Source of the DNA: Stegostoma tigrinum
Taxonomy: Eukaryota
DNA: 64,000 nucleotides
Direction of reading: 5' to 3'
NCBI RefSeq assembly: GCF_030684315.1
Contig: NC_081376.1
Coordinates: 41,162,182 to 41,226,181 of the forward strand
Shown: piece after piece, positions 26,401-40,043 of the stretch
How positions within the stretch are numbered: position 1 is the first letter of the stretch
How the letters are laid out: every line of letters starts with the position of its first letter
Notes under the pieces: generated by a model
Seen by the model: the letters and a program-made list of their open reading frames with translations, nothing else
Told to the model about the DNA's origin: nothing
The model's database searches: none
Position numbers and translations under genes: made by a program

Positions 26401-28349
26401 TTGTCAGGGGTGGGGGGGGAGTTTCCTTAAAACTCTGTGAACTCAGCATTGCATTATTTGCTATTTTCTGCATGGCATGAGACCTCATCTAACTGTGCCC
26501 TCTCAGTAACCAGCCTTCTGAAAATGTATACAAATCCTAACAGAAGAGGTCATAAGAATAATCAAGGTTCTGACTCATATCAGAGATTTATCAGGTGTCA
26601 TTCAATCCCATTGTCAACATAGTATACCAGAAATAAGGTTTTTGGTCCCAGAAAGAATGAAAACTAACCCTCAGGTAGAAGTGGGCAAAAGGACAACAAT
26701 CATTTGACAAATGAGAACTTGTCCCATGGCCTTTGGCTAAGATGGGTTATACAGGAGAATGAAATACTATTGATGGCCAGCCCCAAAATAAGACATATTA
26801 ACAGGTTGGGAAGGGAGGAAGGAGCAAGAAAATCCAGGGAGATGAGCCAACCACTTCCCTGCGAGAATACTAGGATTTCCCCTCCATCAGCCTGAGGGAG
26901 GAGCAAAGACTATTGTTACCGAGACCATCCAAGATTTATCAGAGACCACCACAGAAAGCTGGAGGACCACTGGGATGTGGGAGCATGCCGCCTCTCCTCT
27001 CCCATTCTACAGAAAAGCTCTGAGATCAGAAAAGCATCCTCAACTGTCACAGGATGTATATTTCCCTTCCTAATTAATTAATGTACCATATTCAAACTGC
27101 TGCTTCTCAATGCAAATCAGAAAGTTGTAATAAATCACCGACTGACTATTTTAGGTAAGTATGATCATGAACCTCGCAGAATCAACACTCTTATCTGGAA
27201 CTCTGGACTCAGCATGTTATAGCTACTGTAATCTGGACTAAAAACCAGCCACAACCTGCAGCTCACACAATGACACTGCATAGTTTTTGTGCATTTTTAC
27301 GTCAATACTTTCTGTAGACAACATCAAAGCACCTGTTAGTTTTAAAGTATTTTAACGTGCAAAAGTCCAGTTTACATTTAATAAGTCTAGACATTTGTAT
27401 CGACATTGCACTATGTTCTTTTGTAACTTTTAATACAAATGTTACATTTTCAAATTCTTAAGAAATATAACCTCTTTCTGTTTAAAACCTGTTGAATGCA
27501 CTTTCAATGCACACGTAACTTAAGACTTACTATAAAATAACAAAGTACTTATAGAAGTGTTTATTTTTGTTTCTCCCGTCTCATGATTGGTCCCAACAGA
27601 ATTACTGATAAAGTGCCATGCTTTCTTACGGTTCAAGTTTCAGTTTGTACATCCAGTATTATGGTTAACAACAAAAAGGATTAGACTAGGTGCAGGGAAT
27701 GACCTAGCGACTTTTTCAGTTTGCACTAATAGCTGGAAAACCCAACCTTTGTAGTCGTAGTCAGCATACTCCTGAGACTTGAAACTTATCAACACTTATT
27801 CCACCTGAACGGCAACATCCATAAACATAACTTGTGGAAGTCCTAAATATCCGCCAAGTGAGATCAATGCATACTAGAGCTTTTGGCAAGAGTGGAATCC
27901 GCTATAATAGGTTAAGGCACAGAAGACTTTTTGGAGCCAACTTCACAAAGTAGTCTTTGATTTTGCATTTTTGATGATATATATTGACAGTCGATGCCTA
28001 TCTCATTGATGTAAATGTTGAATGTGCTGGTGTAACATGATGTGCATTTAGAAGTGTGAAACTCTTCTGATAAACTGACAATAATGCTTATATCACTGTA
28101 GGAGTGATGGTGAGAATACAGTCAATTTTTAAGCTTCTGCTGTGTGTTTTGTCATACCCAAACCAGTGGTTGCATGGGTAATGTGCACCATCAAGAGATC
28201 TGTCTACTAGTTCAGTCTGGATATGTGTCTTGTACAGGAACCTAGTTGTCAGCAAAATTTTTAAAAAAGTATTTTGCTGATATGGTAAGTTTGTTAATAC
28301 ACATTGAAATAAGAGACTGACACTTTGAAAAAGAATTGTCTACATGGCT

Positions 28350-28670
28350 TACAAATAAGTGTAATAGGAGCTGAAGTAGACTATTCAGCCCCTCGAGACT
28401 GCTCCTTAATTCAATAAGATCATGGTTGATCTGTTTGTGTTCCAAATTACCATCTTCTGCTGATAATTCATGGTTCCTCTGCCCAAGAATACATCTTCCT
28501 CTGTCTGAAATATATTCAGTGAAGCTCCCTCCACTGTCTTCTGAGGCAGCGTTCCAAAGTTGCACAGCCCTTTGAAAGAAAACAATTTCCATTTCTGCCC
28601 TGAAAAGAAAGTGCTTCATAGCTCGACTCTGACCCACAAGAGGAACATCCTTTCCACATCGAACTGGCCA
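28350..28670 (-). mobile_element. CR1 3' end fragment
   Basis: aataggagctgaagtagactattcagccc.. is the reverse complement of a CR1 tail; FFQRAVQLWN motif. Confidence 0.65.
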
Positions 28671-28684
28671 ACTGCCTAATCTTT

Positions 28685-30225
28685 ACTATAGTCATGGAGA
28701 GGGTTAGGGGCAGATGGTATGGGAAAGTATTTAATTGGGGCCGGGGGAATTACAATGCTATTGGGCAAGAACTGTGGAGCATAAATTGGGGTAAGATATT
28801 CTCAGGGAAATGCACAACAGAAATGTGGAAATGTTTAGGGAGCACTTGCTACGAGTGCTGGATAGGTTTGTCCCACTGAGGCACGGAAGGGATGGCAAGG
28901 TGAAGGAATTTTGTATGACAAGACGTGGAGCATCTATTCAAGAGGAAAAAGGAAGTTTTCTTAATGTTGAAGAAATAAGGACCGGTCAGGGCTGTAGAGG
29001 GTTATAAGGTAGCCAGGAAGGAACTGAAGAATGCACTTAGGATAGCTAGAAGGGAGCATGAAAAAACCTTGGCAGGTAGGAGTAAGGAAAACCCTAAAGT
29101 GTTCTATACTTATATAAGGAACAAGGGGATGGCAAAATGAGAGTAGGGCTGATCAGGGACAGTGGAGAGAACTTGTGTGTGGAGTTGGGCGAGGAAGGGG
29201 AAGTCCTGAATGAATACTTTCCTTCAGTATTCACTGGTGAGAGGGAGCTTGTAGTTTGTGAGGACAGCGTGAAACAGGCTGATATGCTCGAACAGGTTGA
29301 TGTTAGCAGGGAGGATATGCTGAGAATTTCAGAAACATGAGAATAGATCAGGCCCCTGGGCCATATGTGATCAACCCACGGTTGCTACGGGACGTGAGGG
29401 AAGAGATTGCTGCACCTTTGGCAATGAACTTTGTGTCTTCACTGTCCACTGGAGTAGTATCAGAACATTGGGGGGATGGTAAATATCATTACCTTGTTCA
29501 AGAAAGGGAATAGGAATAATCTTGGGAATTACAGACCAGTCAGTCTTACTTCTGTGGGGGGCAAATTATTGGAGAGGATTCTGAGAGATAGAATTTATGA
29601 TTATTTGGAAAAGCACAGTTTGATTAGACATATAGTCAGCATGGCTTTGTGAGGGACAGGTCATGTCTCACAAGCCTTATTGAATACTTTGAGGATGTGA
29701 CAAAATACATTGATAAAGGTAGAGCAGTGGATGTGGTATATATGGAGTTTAGCAAGGTATTTGATAAGGTTCCCCATGGTAGTCATGGGTTCCAGGGAAA
29801 TTTGGCTATCTGGTAACAGAATTGCTGTCCAATAGAAGATAGAGGCTGGTAATAGACGGAAAGCATTCAGCCTCGAGCTCGGTGACCAGTGGTGTTCTAC
29901 AGGGATCTGTTCTGGGACCCTGTTCTTTGTGATCTTTATAAATGACTTGGATAAGAAAGTGGGAGGGTGGGTAAGTTTGCTGACGACACAAAAATTGGTG
30001 GAGTTGTGGATAGTGTGGAGGCCTCTTGTAGGTTACAATGGGACATTGACAGGATGCAGAACTGGGCAAAGAAGTGGCAGATAGAATTCAGCCCAGAAAT
30101 TTGTGGTGATTCATTTTGGAAGGTCGAATTTGTATGCAGAATTCAGGGTTAATGGCAGTGTGGAAGAACAAGGAGATCTTGGGATCCGCACCTATATTTC
30201 CCACAGCTAGCACCCAAGTTGATAA
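28685..30225 (+). mobile_element. Degraded CR1 ORF2 fragment
   Basis: WGRGNYNAI, VLNEYFPSVFT, GNYRPVSLTS and KFADDTKIGGVVDS. Confidence 0.9.
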
Positions 30226-30980
30226 GTGTATTCTACTTTCCAGTCTGATGAAACCTTTCCTGAATCTAGGGAACTTTGGAATATGACACCAACTCATTTA
30301 CTACTTCATTATCAATTAAAGATCCCCTTGGATGGAATCTTTCTGAACCTGAGCCTCCTTGTCCATTTGTTTAGTACCATTTCACTCATGATTGTAATTT
30401 CATCAAGTTCCTCTTCCCCGCTGTAAGGCTGGTTTCCAATCCAAATAACATTCTACGATAGCAAACTTTTCACATTTCCTGAAATGTTTCCTGGCTTTGG
30501 TATTTATTTTATCAGTTAATATGACATTAACTTACAGTTTCAGTGGACAATGAAAACAAATAATTTCATTTGAAAAGCAGGGTATGTAATCTTTGCCCTT
30601 CCAGCTCTTAAAAGTCCCCTAGTTTAATTCCACGTCACATCTTTACTGCATGCAGCAGAGCTATGCAAAGTTAGCTGTGTACAGGTCTTCCAGATAACCA
30701 ATTTATTAGTGGCATATCCCTTAAACTTGCCTCAAATCAGCAAAGCCAGATGATTAATTAGCAATAGTAACAAATTGCAACAACACTTGAATATGACGGA
30801 CACGGTTTCTGACCTTTCTTATTGTAGACCAATCTATTCCACAGAACATGAATCATAATGAAAGAAACACATTTCTTTGGAATATAGGAACATAAGGCTG
30901 CCTCTTGAATCTGTTCTCCCATTCAGTTAGATCATAGCCTCGTCAATGATGCGCTCAGTATACCCACTTTTACTTCATAT

Positions 30981-31320
30981 GTGGCACAGTAGCTCAGTGG
31001 TTAGCACTGCTGCCTCACAGTGTCAGGGACCCAGGTTTGATTCCACCCTTAGGCGACTATCTATGGAGTTTGCACATTCTCCCCCTGTCTGCATGGGTTT
31101 CCTCTGGGTACTCTGGTTTCCTCCCTCAGTCCAAAGATGTGCAGGTTGGGTCGATTGGCCATGCTAAATTGCCCGTATTGTCCAGGGATGTTTAGGTTAG
31201 GTGGGTTAGACATGGGGAAATTCAAGGGTAGGGGAATGCGTTGTGGTGGGATGCTCTTCAGAGGAGCAGTGTGGACTTGTTGGGCCAAATGGCCTGTTTC
31301 CACATTGTAGGGAATCTATG
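30981..31320 (+). mobile_element. Full-length HE1-like V-SINE; partial copies at 14780-14940 (-) and 39417-39555 (+)
   Basis: tRNA head ggcacagtagctcagtggttagcactgctgcctcacag, V-domain tggagtttgcacattctcccc and CR1-like tail. Confidence 0.85.
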
Positions 31321-31722
31321 ATTTCTCAATATCTTTGGTTGACAAAAATCTAACAAAATAACAGGGTTCTTGTGGTATAGTGATAATGTTCCTGCCTCTG
31401 AGCTAGGAGGCTTGGGGTCTCATCTGCTCCAGAGCTATGTAATAACATCTCTGAGCAGGCTGATTAGGAAAATAGAGCATGCTACAAAATTTAGCTCATT
31501 GATCCTATACCACTATTTGTAAGTTCATGGCTGAACTGATTTATGGCCTTAACTCCAGTTTTCTCCATGTCCTTGGCAGCGTCATTGACTAGGCCAACTT
31601 TTATTGCTCATCCTTAATTATCCAGATAGACAGTTATGAGATACAACTGAAGATTCCCCAACTCTGAGAGAAATAATACAAGACATTTGTGCCTTTAAAG
31701 TTCACATAAGCTGAGCTTTATA

Positions 31723-34700
31723 GGGCAATACAGAGGCTCAGTGTTTAGCACCACTGTCTCACAGCACCAGGGAGCCAGGTGCAATTCTAGCCTTGGATGA
31801 CTATGTGGAGTTTGCACATTCTCCCTACATCTGCATGGGTTTCTCGTCTGTGCTTGGTCTCCTCCCAGTGTAAATGTGCAGGTTATGAGCATTGACTATG
31901 CCCGTTTATCCAGCCAATCATCAATAGCCACAGGTGAGATGCCAAAACACTTGGTGCTACTATTTAGGAAAGATGGTAAGGAAAAACCAGGGAACAATAG
32001 ACTGGTGAGCCTGACATTGGTGGTGAGCCAGTTGTTGGAGGAAATCCTGAGGGAGAGGATTTACATGTATGTGGAAAGGCAACGACTGATTAGGGATAGT
32101 CAACATGGCTGTGGGAAATCATGTCTCACTAACTTGATTGAGTTTTTTTGAAGAAGTCATGAAAACGATTGATGAAGGCAAAGTGGTTCAAGGACTTCAA
32201 TAGGGCATTCGAGAGGGTTCCTCATGTTTGAGTGGTTAGCAAGGTTAGATCACATGGAATACAAGCAGAACGAGCCATCTGGATACAGAACTGGCTCAAA
32301 GGTAGAACACAGATGGTGGTAAGTGGAGGTTTGATTTTCAGATTTGAGCCCTGTGACCAGTGACATGCCACATGGCTTGGCGTTGGATCCACTGCTTTCA
32401 ATCATTTATATAAATGATTCAGATGTGAACATAGGAGTTATGGTTAGTAAATGTGTAGATGACACTAAAATTGGAGGCATAGAGGACAGGGAAGAAGGTA
32501 ACCTCCTCAGAGCATGATGGAATCTTGACCATGGGCCAATGGGTGGCAGGTGGAGTTTAGATAAATGTGCAGTGCTGCATTTTGGGAATGTAAATCAGTG
32601 CAGGATTTATACACTTAATGATAACATCTTGGGGAGTGTTACTGAATGAAGAGACCTTGGAGTGCGGGTTCATAGTTTGTTGAATGTAACAGTACAGGGC
32701 CATCAGCCCATGATATTGTGTCGACCTATTATCAAACACAGATAAAACTACCCTGCATACCCTACATTTTGCTATCTTCCATGTGCCGATCCAAGAGTCG
32801 CTTAAACGTCCCTAATGTATCTATTTGACCCCACTACCATCGCCGACAGGGCATTCCATGCACCCACCACTCTGCGTTAAGAACCTATCTCTGACATATC
32901 CCCTATACCTTCCTCCAAAATTATGCCCCCTTGTAACAGTCATTACTGGCCTGGAAACAAGTCTCTGGCTATCCAATCTATGCCTCATCACCTTGTAAAC
33001 ATTTATCAAGTCACCTCTCATCCTTCTCACTCCAAAGAGAAAAGCCCTAGCTCCCTTAACCTCTCCTCGTAAGACCTGCTCTCCATTCCAGGCAGCATCC
33101 TGGTAAATCTCCTCTACACTCTCTCTAATGCTTCCACATCCTTTCTATAATGAGGTGACCAGAACTGAACACAATATTCCAAGTGTGATCTAACCAAGGT
33201 TTTATAGAGCTGCAGCATTAGCTCACAGCTCTAAAAGTCAATTCCCCTGCCAATGAAAGCCAACACGCCATATGCCTTCTTAACAACTCTTTCAACTTGG
33301 GTGGTAACTTTGAGGGATCTATGGACGTAGACCCCACGATCCCTATATTCCTCCACACTGCTAAGAACCCTGCCATCAACCCTGTATTCTGCATTCAAAT
33401 TCAACCTTCCAAAGTGAATCACTTCACAATTTTCCAGGTTGAATTTCATCTGCCACTTCTTTGCCCAGCTCTGCAACCTTGTCAATGTCCTGTTGCAACC
33501 TACAACAGCCCTCCACACTATCCACAGCTTCATCAACCTTTGTGTCATCAGCCAACTTACGAGTCTAGTCTATAAACAGACAACATGGTGAGCAAGTCAA
33601 CAACCTCAACCACAACACGAGCTACAATTAGATGTCAGGGTAGAACGAATGACGAATGAAGAATTCCAAACCACAGTAAACAGGAAGGCAACCCACAGTG
33701 ACGTCACCCCAACGTCCACAAAAAAAGCTGTGTTAGGTCACTATTCAAATGGGCTGCAACCTACTGCAACACACCTGAACTTCGCAAGGAGGTAGAGCAC
33801 CTATACAAGGTTTTTGCTATCAATGGATACCCCACCAACTTCATCCGCAGGTGCCTACTAGATAGACAACACCAAGAGGACACAATATACCCTAATACAC
33901 CAGCCACACTACCGTATGTCGAGAACATATTAGAACTGACAAGAAGACTCCTACAACCACGAGGAATCGGGATAGCACATAAATCCACTGCCACACTATG
34001 ACAAACACTCACAAGGACCAAAAACCCTATACCCATGACATTCAGAACCAACACAGTGTAGAAAAATACAGTGCAAGGACTGCCAAAAACATTACATCAG
34101 CCAGAAAGGAAGGAAACTAGCCATCAGGATATATGAACACTTGTAGCAAACGACACAATGAACTTTTCTTCACTTCAGTGCACTTGGACAATGAAGGCCA
34201 TCGATTTAACCGGAACGACGTGACCATCCTAGCTCAAGCCAACCATGAATACGCATGGGAATTCCTAGAGGCCTGGTTCTCCACCCATTATGCAATCAAC
34301 AGACATGCGGAATTAGACCCCTTGTACAAACCCTTGCCAAAAAGAACTATAAAAGACACAAGACATCTCAACAGACCACATCATATAAATACTAAGCAGA
34401 GTATAACAACATCGCTTCATTGGAGGCTACACTGATGATGTTACCTCACATGGTTACATAACGTCTGAACTATAACTAGCCAGCTTGGCGAGCAAGTCAA
34501 CAACATTACCCACAACACAAGCTACAAATCTTTGCAAGAACCTAATGGGTGTAGGTTTAAGGAGAGAGGGGATTTAAAAAGGACCTAAGGGGGACCATGC
34601 AGATTGTGGCGCAAATATGGAATGAGCTGCCAGATGAAGTAGTGAAAGCTGGTACAATTATATTCAAAAGGCATTTGGATGGGTATATAAGTAGGAAGGG

Positions 34701-34957
34701 TTTAGAGAGATGTGGGCCAAATGCTGGCAAACGAGACTAGATTTATTTAGCATATCTGGTCAGCATGGACAAGTTGGACCAAAGAGTCTGTTTCTGTGCT
34801 GTACATCTGCATGACTCTACATGTAGGCTAGGTAGGTGAACCATGGTAAATGTGGGGTTGTCAGGATAGCACAGGGCTGAATCTGGGTGGGGTGCTCCTC
34901 AGAGGGTCAGTGCAGACTTGATTGACAGAACAGCCTTTCTGCACTATAGGATTCTAC
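31723..34957 (+). mobile_element. Nested cluster: V-SINE halves (31723-31900, 34821-34957) enclosing CR1(+) (31900-32688, 34544-34820), CR1(-) (32689-33562) and a PLE
   Basis: SINE head and V-domain on the left, SINE 3' half on the right; CR1 RT motifs in both orientations between them. Confidence 0.75.
33565..34543 (+). mobile_element. Penelope-like element (Poseidon-type), 5'-truncated: RT thumb + GIY-YIG remnants with a direct terminal repeat
   Basis: KVFAINGYP, TLPYVENI, CKDCQKHYI and EFLEAWFS; gagcaagtcaacaac..cacaacac.agctacaa at both ~33590 and ~34490; decayed hammerhead at 34432-34470. Confidence 0.85.
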
Positions 34958-35769
34958 AAAACTCAAACTTAAAATTAACAATCAACTGCTGTTCAGAAAG
35001 AAGTTCCAAACTTCCACTACCTGGGTATAGACCTAATTTCAGTACCTCCATCTGCTTCTAACATTTGGATTACATCCTCTAATGCGAGACTCTCCAACCA
35101 CATCATTCATTTCAGTGATGTTTTCTGAGGGATCAGTATTGGCCATTGCCCCTCTTTTTACTTAAATAGTGCAGTGGGATTGTTCATGTCTTTCTGAGAA
35201 AGCAGGCAGGAGTTTGAGCCTCAGACTTTGGAGTCAGACTTCAACCCATAGTATCCGAGTCAGAGATGAGAATACTGTCTGCCAGCTTTAAGTGACAGGA
35301 GGTATGGATTAATCACGGCTTTGTATAGTTGTAGTATATCATGCGAACTTATGAAGTTGGGCCATCAGCCTCTTGAAACTGCTCTGCCGCATCATAAAGT
35401 CATAGCAGATCATGTTGTGGTCTTAACTCCACTTATCTCCTTGTTCACTATACCCTTCTTTCAGTCATAATCTAATTCTGTTAATATAAAGCCCATCATT
35501 CCATTTACTTTTGAATTACTTCCTATACCTGTCCATATTTACCAAGTACGTGATCTACTTTTCCATTACATAGAAAGTATCTGGTTCTATATTTAGATCC
35601 CACATGATGGCTTCACACTTATTGAAAAATGTTTAGAGTTTTCTACATTCCCTTAACACAAGAAATATCTTTTTACAATTTAAGGGGAAATCCTGTCAGA
35701 TCAATCTAATGGACAGTAAATGCTGGTCCAGCTAACCGTGCCCACACCCTGAAAAAAGTCTGAAAGGTT

Positions 35770-37410
35770 TTACAGAAGCAACACAATTGCTGAACGAAGA
35801 CGATGCAGGTACAGAATTCAGGGAGAGGGGCTGAGAGGACTTTGAGCACATTGCCTTTGGAAGTGAAGAGTTAGAGATTTTAGCAGGCTTAAAAGTCGAC
35901 AAATCCCAGGTCTAAAATGAGTTGCAGCCCAGGCTGAAGTGGAAGGAAATGACAGAAGCTTTAACCCCTACTTTAACTTTAAATCCTCCTGGCCCCAAGG
36001 GAGCTGCCAGAGGGTTGGAGCAGTTAACGTGGATCCACTTTCCAAGAAAGGCAGTAGTGATAAATCAAGGAATGACAGACTAAATGAGTCTCACATCACT
36101 AGAAGGGAAACCATTGGAGAAAATTCTGACGGAGAGAAGTTATTTATTTCCACATGAAGAGGTAATGTTTGATCAGGGATAGTCAGCATAGCTTTGTCAG
36201 GGGGAAGATAAGAAAACTGTGGAGGAGGACAGTGCAGTTGATGTAGTTTATATGGATGTCAGCAAAGCCTTTTCCATATGAGAGACTGGAAAATAAAAGC
36301 ACATGGGATCCAGAGTCACCTAGATCCAAAACTGGCTTTAGTGGTAGGAGACGGATGGCAGTGTTAGAAGTTTACCAGTGATCAGTCAAGTGTACAGTAG
36401 CATACTACTGGGATCACTGCTACATTCCAATATGTACTATACCTAATGATAGAGAAGTATCTGAGCCCGCAGGGGAAGAGGGCGACGAAGAGAGCAAAAA
36501 CATACGAGAGGGCAAGCGTACGCGCAGATAAGTTTATGGATGACAGATTGTTTGAATTCAAACAAACACCTGATCACAGGATGACAACATTGCTAGCCTG
36601 ACCAACATTTATTGCCCATCCCTAATTACTCAGAGGGCAATTACAAATCAACCACATAAATGTGACTCCAGACACACTAAGGCCATCCTTTAGGACATGA
36701 TTGACAGTGAAGAAGGAGGTCTTCAGTTACAAGATGGTATCAATGGATTGATCAGATGGACAAATCAGTGGCAGATGCAATTTAATAGGAATCTTGGAGT
36801 GTTTATCCACAGATCACTAAAAGGCAGTCAGACAGGTAAATATGTTAGTCAAAGGTAAGCGTCCTGTATGCCTCTCATCAGTGGATTATAAAAGCAGGCA
36901 GGTTATATACAATACTCTGGTTAGGGCACAGCTGGAGTATCACGTGCAGTTCTAGTCACCACGTTATGGGAAGGCTGTGACTGCACTGGCAGAATTGTTA
37001 AAAGAGACTCACCAAGACGTCACCTAGTGTGGATTATTTTAGCTACGAACTAAAAGTTGAATAAGCTTAGGTTGTTTTCTTCAGAGTTGAGAGGTATAGG
37101 ATTGAGATGTATAGGAACATGGACAGGGTGGACAGAAATCAGCTAACCACCTTAATTGAAGGGTCAATAACAAAGGGGTAAAATTTTGAAAGGTGAAAGG
37201 CAGGAGGTTTAGAGGTTATTCTTGGAAACATTTTCAGCCCCAGAGGACAGTGGGAATCTAGAAGACACAGTGTGGGACGATAGTGGAAAGGGAGCCAGGA
37301 AGCCCACAGCCTTTAAAAGTACTTGAATGTTATGCTCATCCAAGGGAATGGTCCAAATGCTGGAAAGTGGACTAGTGTAGAATTATAGCCTCCTCTTCTA
37401 CCATGAGATT
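35770..37410 (+). mobile_element. Highly degraded CR1 ORF2 with internal insertions
   Basis: Remnants of DKSPG, RDSQHSFV, VDVVYMD-SKAF and QLEYHVQF motifs. Confidence 0.7.
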
Positions 37411-38373
37411 TTATGATTTGGTACATTTCACCTATAAAAAAGGTTTAAATACTTGAACATAAAACAGAAAATGTTGGAAATAAAAATAAAACCCCTAACA
37501 GTCTTTGAAACATCAAACAAACCTTTTGAAATACTAGACATGCTGCGCATTTCCTTTTTAATGAGACAGATGCAAGTGACAAGCAACAATTTTAATCTTA
37601 CGTAAAAAGTCAAATTGACGAATTTAAAAAAAAACTAAATTACTTTTCTGAAATTGATCATTTCAATGATACAAAACAAGATTGTGGGTTAGCATTCACA
37701 TTCAACCAGCTTTACCACTTGAACAATGTAGTATTCCAGTATGATTAACCATAAAAGAAATGCAAAAATAGAGTATTCAGCAAATTGATTACAAAAATTT
37801 AGATTTCATATTCAACTTCAAAATTTCAGTTAAATAAATTATAAGACAGATGTTTAATACAAGAGTTGAAACTTTGTCTTCTCTCCACAATTTACATTAT
37901 GATACATGATGTACTTTGTTTCCTTGTGTGTCAAGGGCTAAAGGTGACTTGTGTACACAGTTTGCAGAACTGCAAGTATTAGTGAATTATATAAGATGAC
38001 CTCCCCCAGATGGAAAAGCAAAAGGTTCTCCTGGGTGAAGTTTGGAAGGAGGAAACACGTTCAGGCAAGGGAGAAATTTAAAAAAGTTATAACTGGAAGG
38101 AAAATCAGTTGCTTGCAGTAATTTTTACTGAATAATATTCTGACAATGAGAAATCAGTCCACACAGTCATAATAGATTGCATTCTGCAGTCGAAATAGAA
38201 ATAGATTTAAAATTTCAGTTCTTTAAACCTGAATTATACAATTTCTGAATATGTGCTTCAATCTGTATGCAAATACAGTACCTAGACACCATGAATGTGT
38301 ATTTACAAAGATGTACACCATTAATAGTTTTTTTTAATACAAGCTGCTCTGAGGCACCATTCCAGTCACAAGC

Positions 38374-38566
38374 TCATGGGACTTCAGTTTCTAAACGTCG
38401 GATTTCCTTGACTAGCAGGTCAATATTTATGATTGGATTGAAGTACAAAGCCCAGTAAAATAAACAGTCACAAACAAATTGAGGAATTATTGGCCATAAA
38501 ATAGCAACAAGGATTCCTTGGCTTGATACCTTCCAGAAGTGACTCCACATTTTCTGAGGAATAGCC
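38374..38566 (-). CDS. BFAR: Bifunctional apoptosis regulator, last coding exon
   Basis: AIPQKMWSHFWKVSSQG..FYWALYFNPIINIDLLVKEIRRLETEVP*; 193 nt; total CDS 1359 nt = 452 aa. Confidence 0.95.
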
Positions 38567-39843
38567 CTAGATGAGAACGCATAATTGCATTATTTGCATA
38601 ATTCATGGTTCACAAATTCAGAACAGGTGTAAAAGCTACAAAATTAATAGCATGTGGGACATTGAAAAGATAAAAGTTGCCGAGGCTGTTCTTTCAAAAG
38701 AGAGACAATTAAGTGTGGTTTAACCCAAGGGTCACCTTGCTTCAGGGCAGGAGACAGATCAAGGAGAGTCCTTCAAGATACCCTCAACAAGTGCAATAAA
38801 TAAACTCATGCTGTTGGCATCACTCTGCATTGCAAACCAGCCATCTAGCCAAATGAGTTAACCTCAGCTCAGCTGAAAACAGAACAAGATAAATAGTCCA
38901 AGACAGTGGCCACAGAAGAGAATGGAATAAAATCAGTTTGCAAGGTTGCAGACTTTGTGGTTGAGAGCAAATTGGCAACTTTTAAGTTGTGAACTACTCC
39001 AAATTTGAGATGAAACAACCAGTCTAAAAGCACAAATGGTGAAACAGTCAATAGCATTTGTTAGCATACATGGTGAAAGCTGATCCTGTGTCATAGGAGG
39101 ACATCATCATTGTTGCAGATGCAGAGAATGCAGCAATGGATATTTCTGTCGATCAGAAAGTATTGTGCCAGAGAATAAAGTCAAGCCAATGACGGACCTG
39201 CACTGGTTGTATCTGGATAAGCAAGCATGTAATGGTAGTCCCCTACAACTAGGCAAAGGAGGATGATTTTGTAGCTAATTCCATCAATGCTGAAGGATCA
39301 AGGACGGCAAGGACTAATTAAGTAACAAATTCATCATGTCTTTTTCTAGGGTGAAATAAAGAAAGAGAGTTGAAAAGCCATAAATGAAATTATACGTTTT
39401 ACAATAATTAAAAGTGCCCAGAGATGGGTAGGCTAGATGAATTAGCCATGCAGGGTTACAGAGATGGAATAGGAGAGTCTGGTGGGATGATTTTCAGAGT
39501 GTCAGTGTGGACTCATTGAGCCAAATGGTCTGCTTCCACACTGCATGGATTCTATAAATGAATGGATATCTGCAAATAAAAATGGTAGTAAGATTCACAA
39601 CTGATTAATACAAAGACTGGCTTAAATCATTTTTTTAAAATTAAGAGTTTAAGTTTTTTTTAAAAATACTTAAAATATATATTCCTTACAGAATACTATT
39701 CACCCCTCGATTATTTTTCTGTACCTGCTACCAGTTAAGATGTTATCTTTTGACATTTTGGGACAGAAAAGGCTCAACAGCTATCATAACACTTTCAGTT
39801 ACTCATTACCACCACAAAAGCAGCAGTCTCAACTTGTACATAC

Positions 39844-40043
39844 CTGAATCCTCCTCTCATCCAAAGTCTCCAGAATGCAAAACCTTCCAGGACTGATAGA
39901 AGCACTGCGTTCACAATTATAAAACGTGACGTCCAGTAGTGCATATCCAACCAATCCCAGGCAAATTCAGCAATTAACTGATATGGAATTAGGGAGTATT
40001 TCACAAGGAACTCAACCCATTGCTTCAAACTGATATCTTCAGA
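39844..40043 (-). CDS. BFAR: BFAR coding exon 6
   Basis: KQWVEFLVKYSLIPYQLIAEFAWDWLDMHYWTSRF; AAG acceptor and GTATGT donor. Confidence 0.9.

Noticed and set aside
26640-27140. Possible solo LTR (purine-rich with AATAAA)
   Set aside because: No clear TG..CA termini or TSD found
30981-31060. tRNA gene-like sequence
   Set aside because: Continues into a V-domain and LINE-like tail, so it is a SINE head rather than a tRNA
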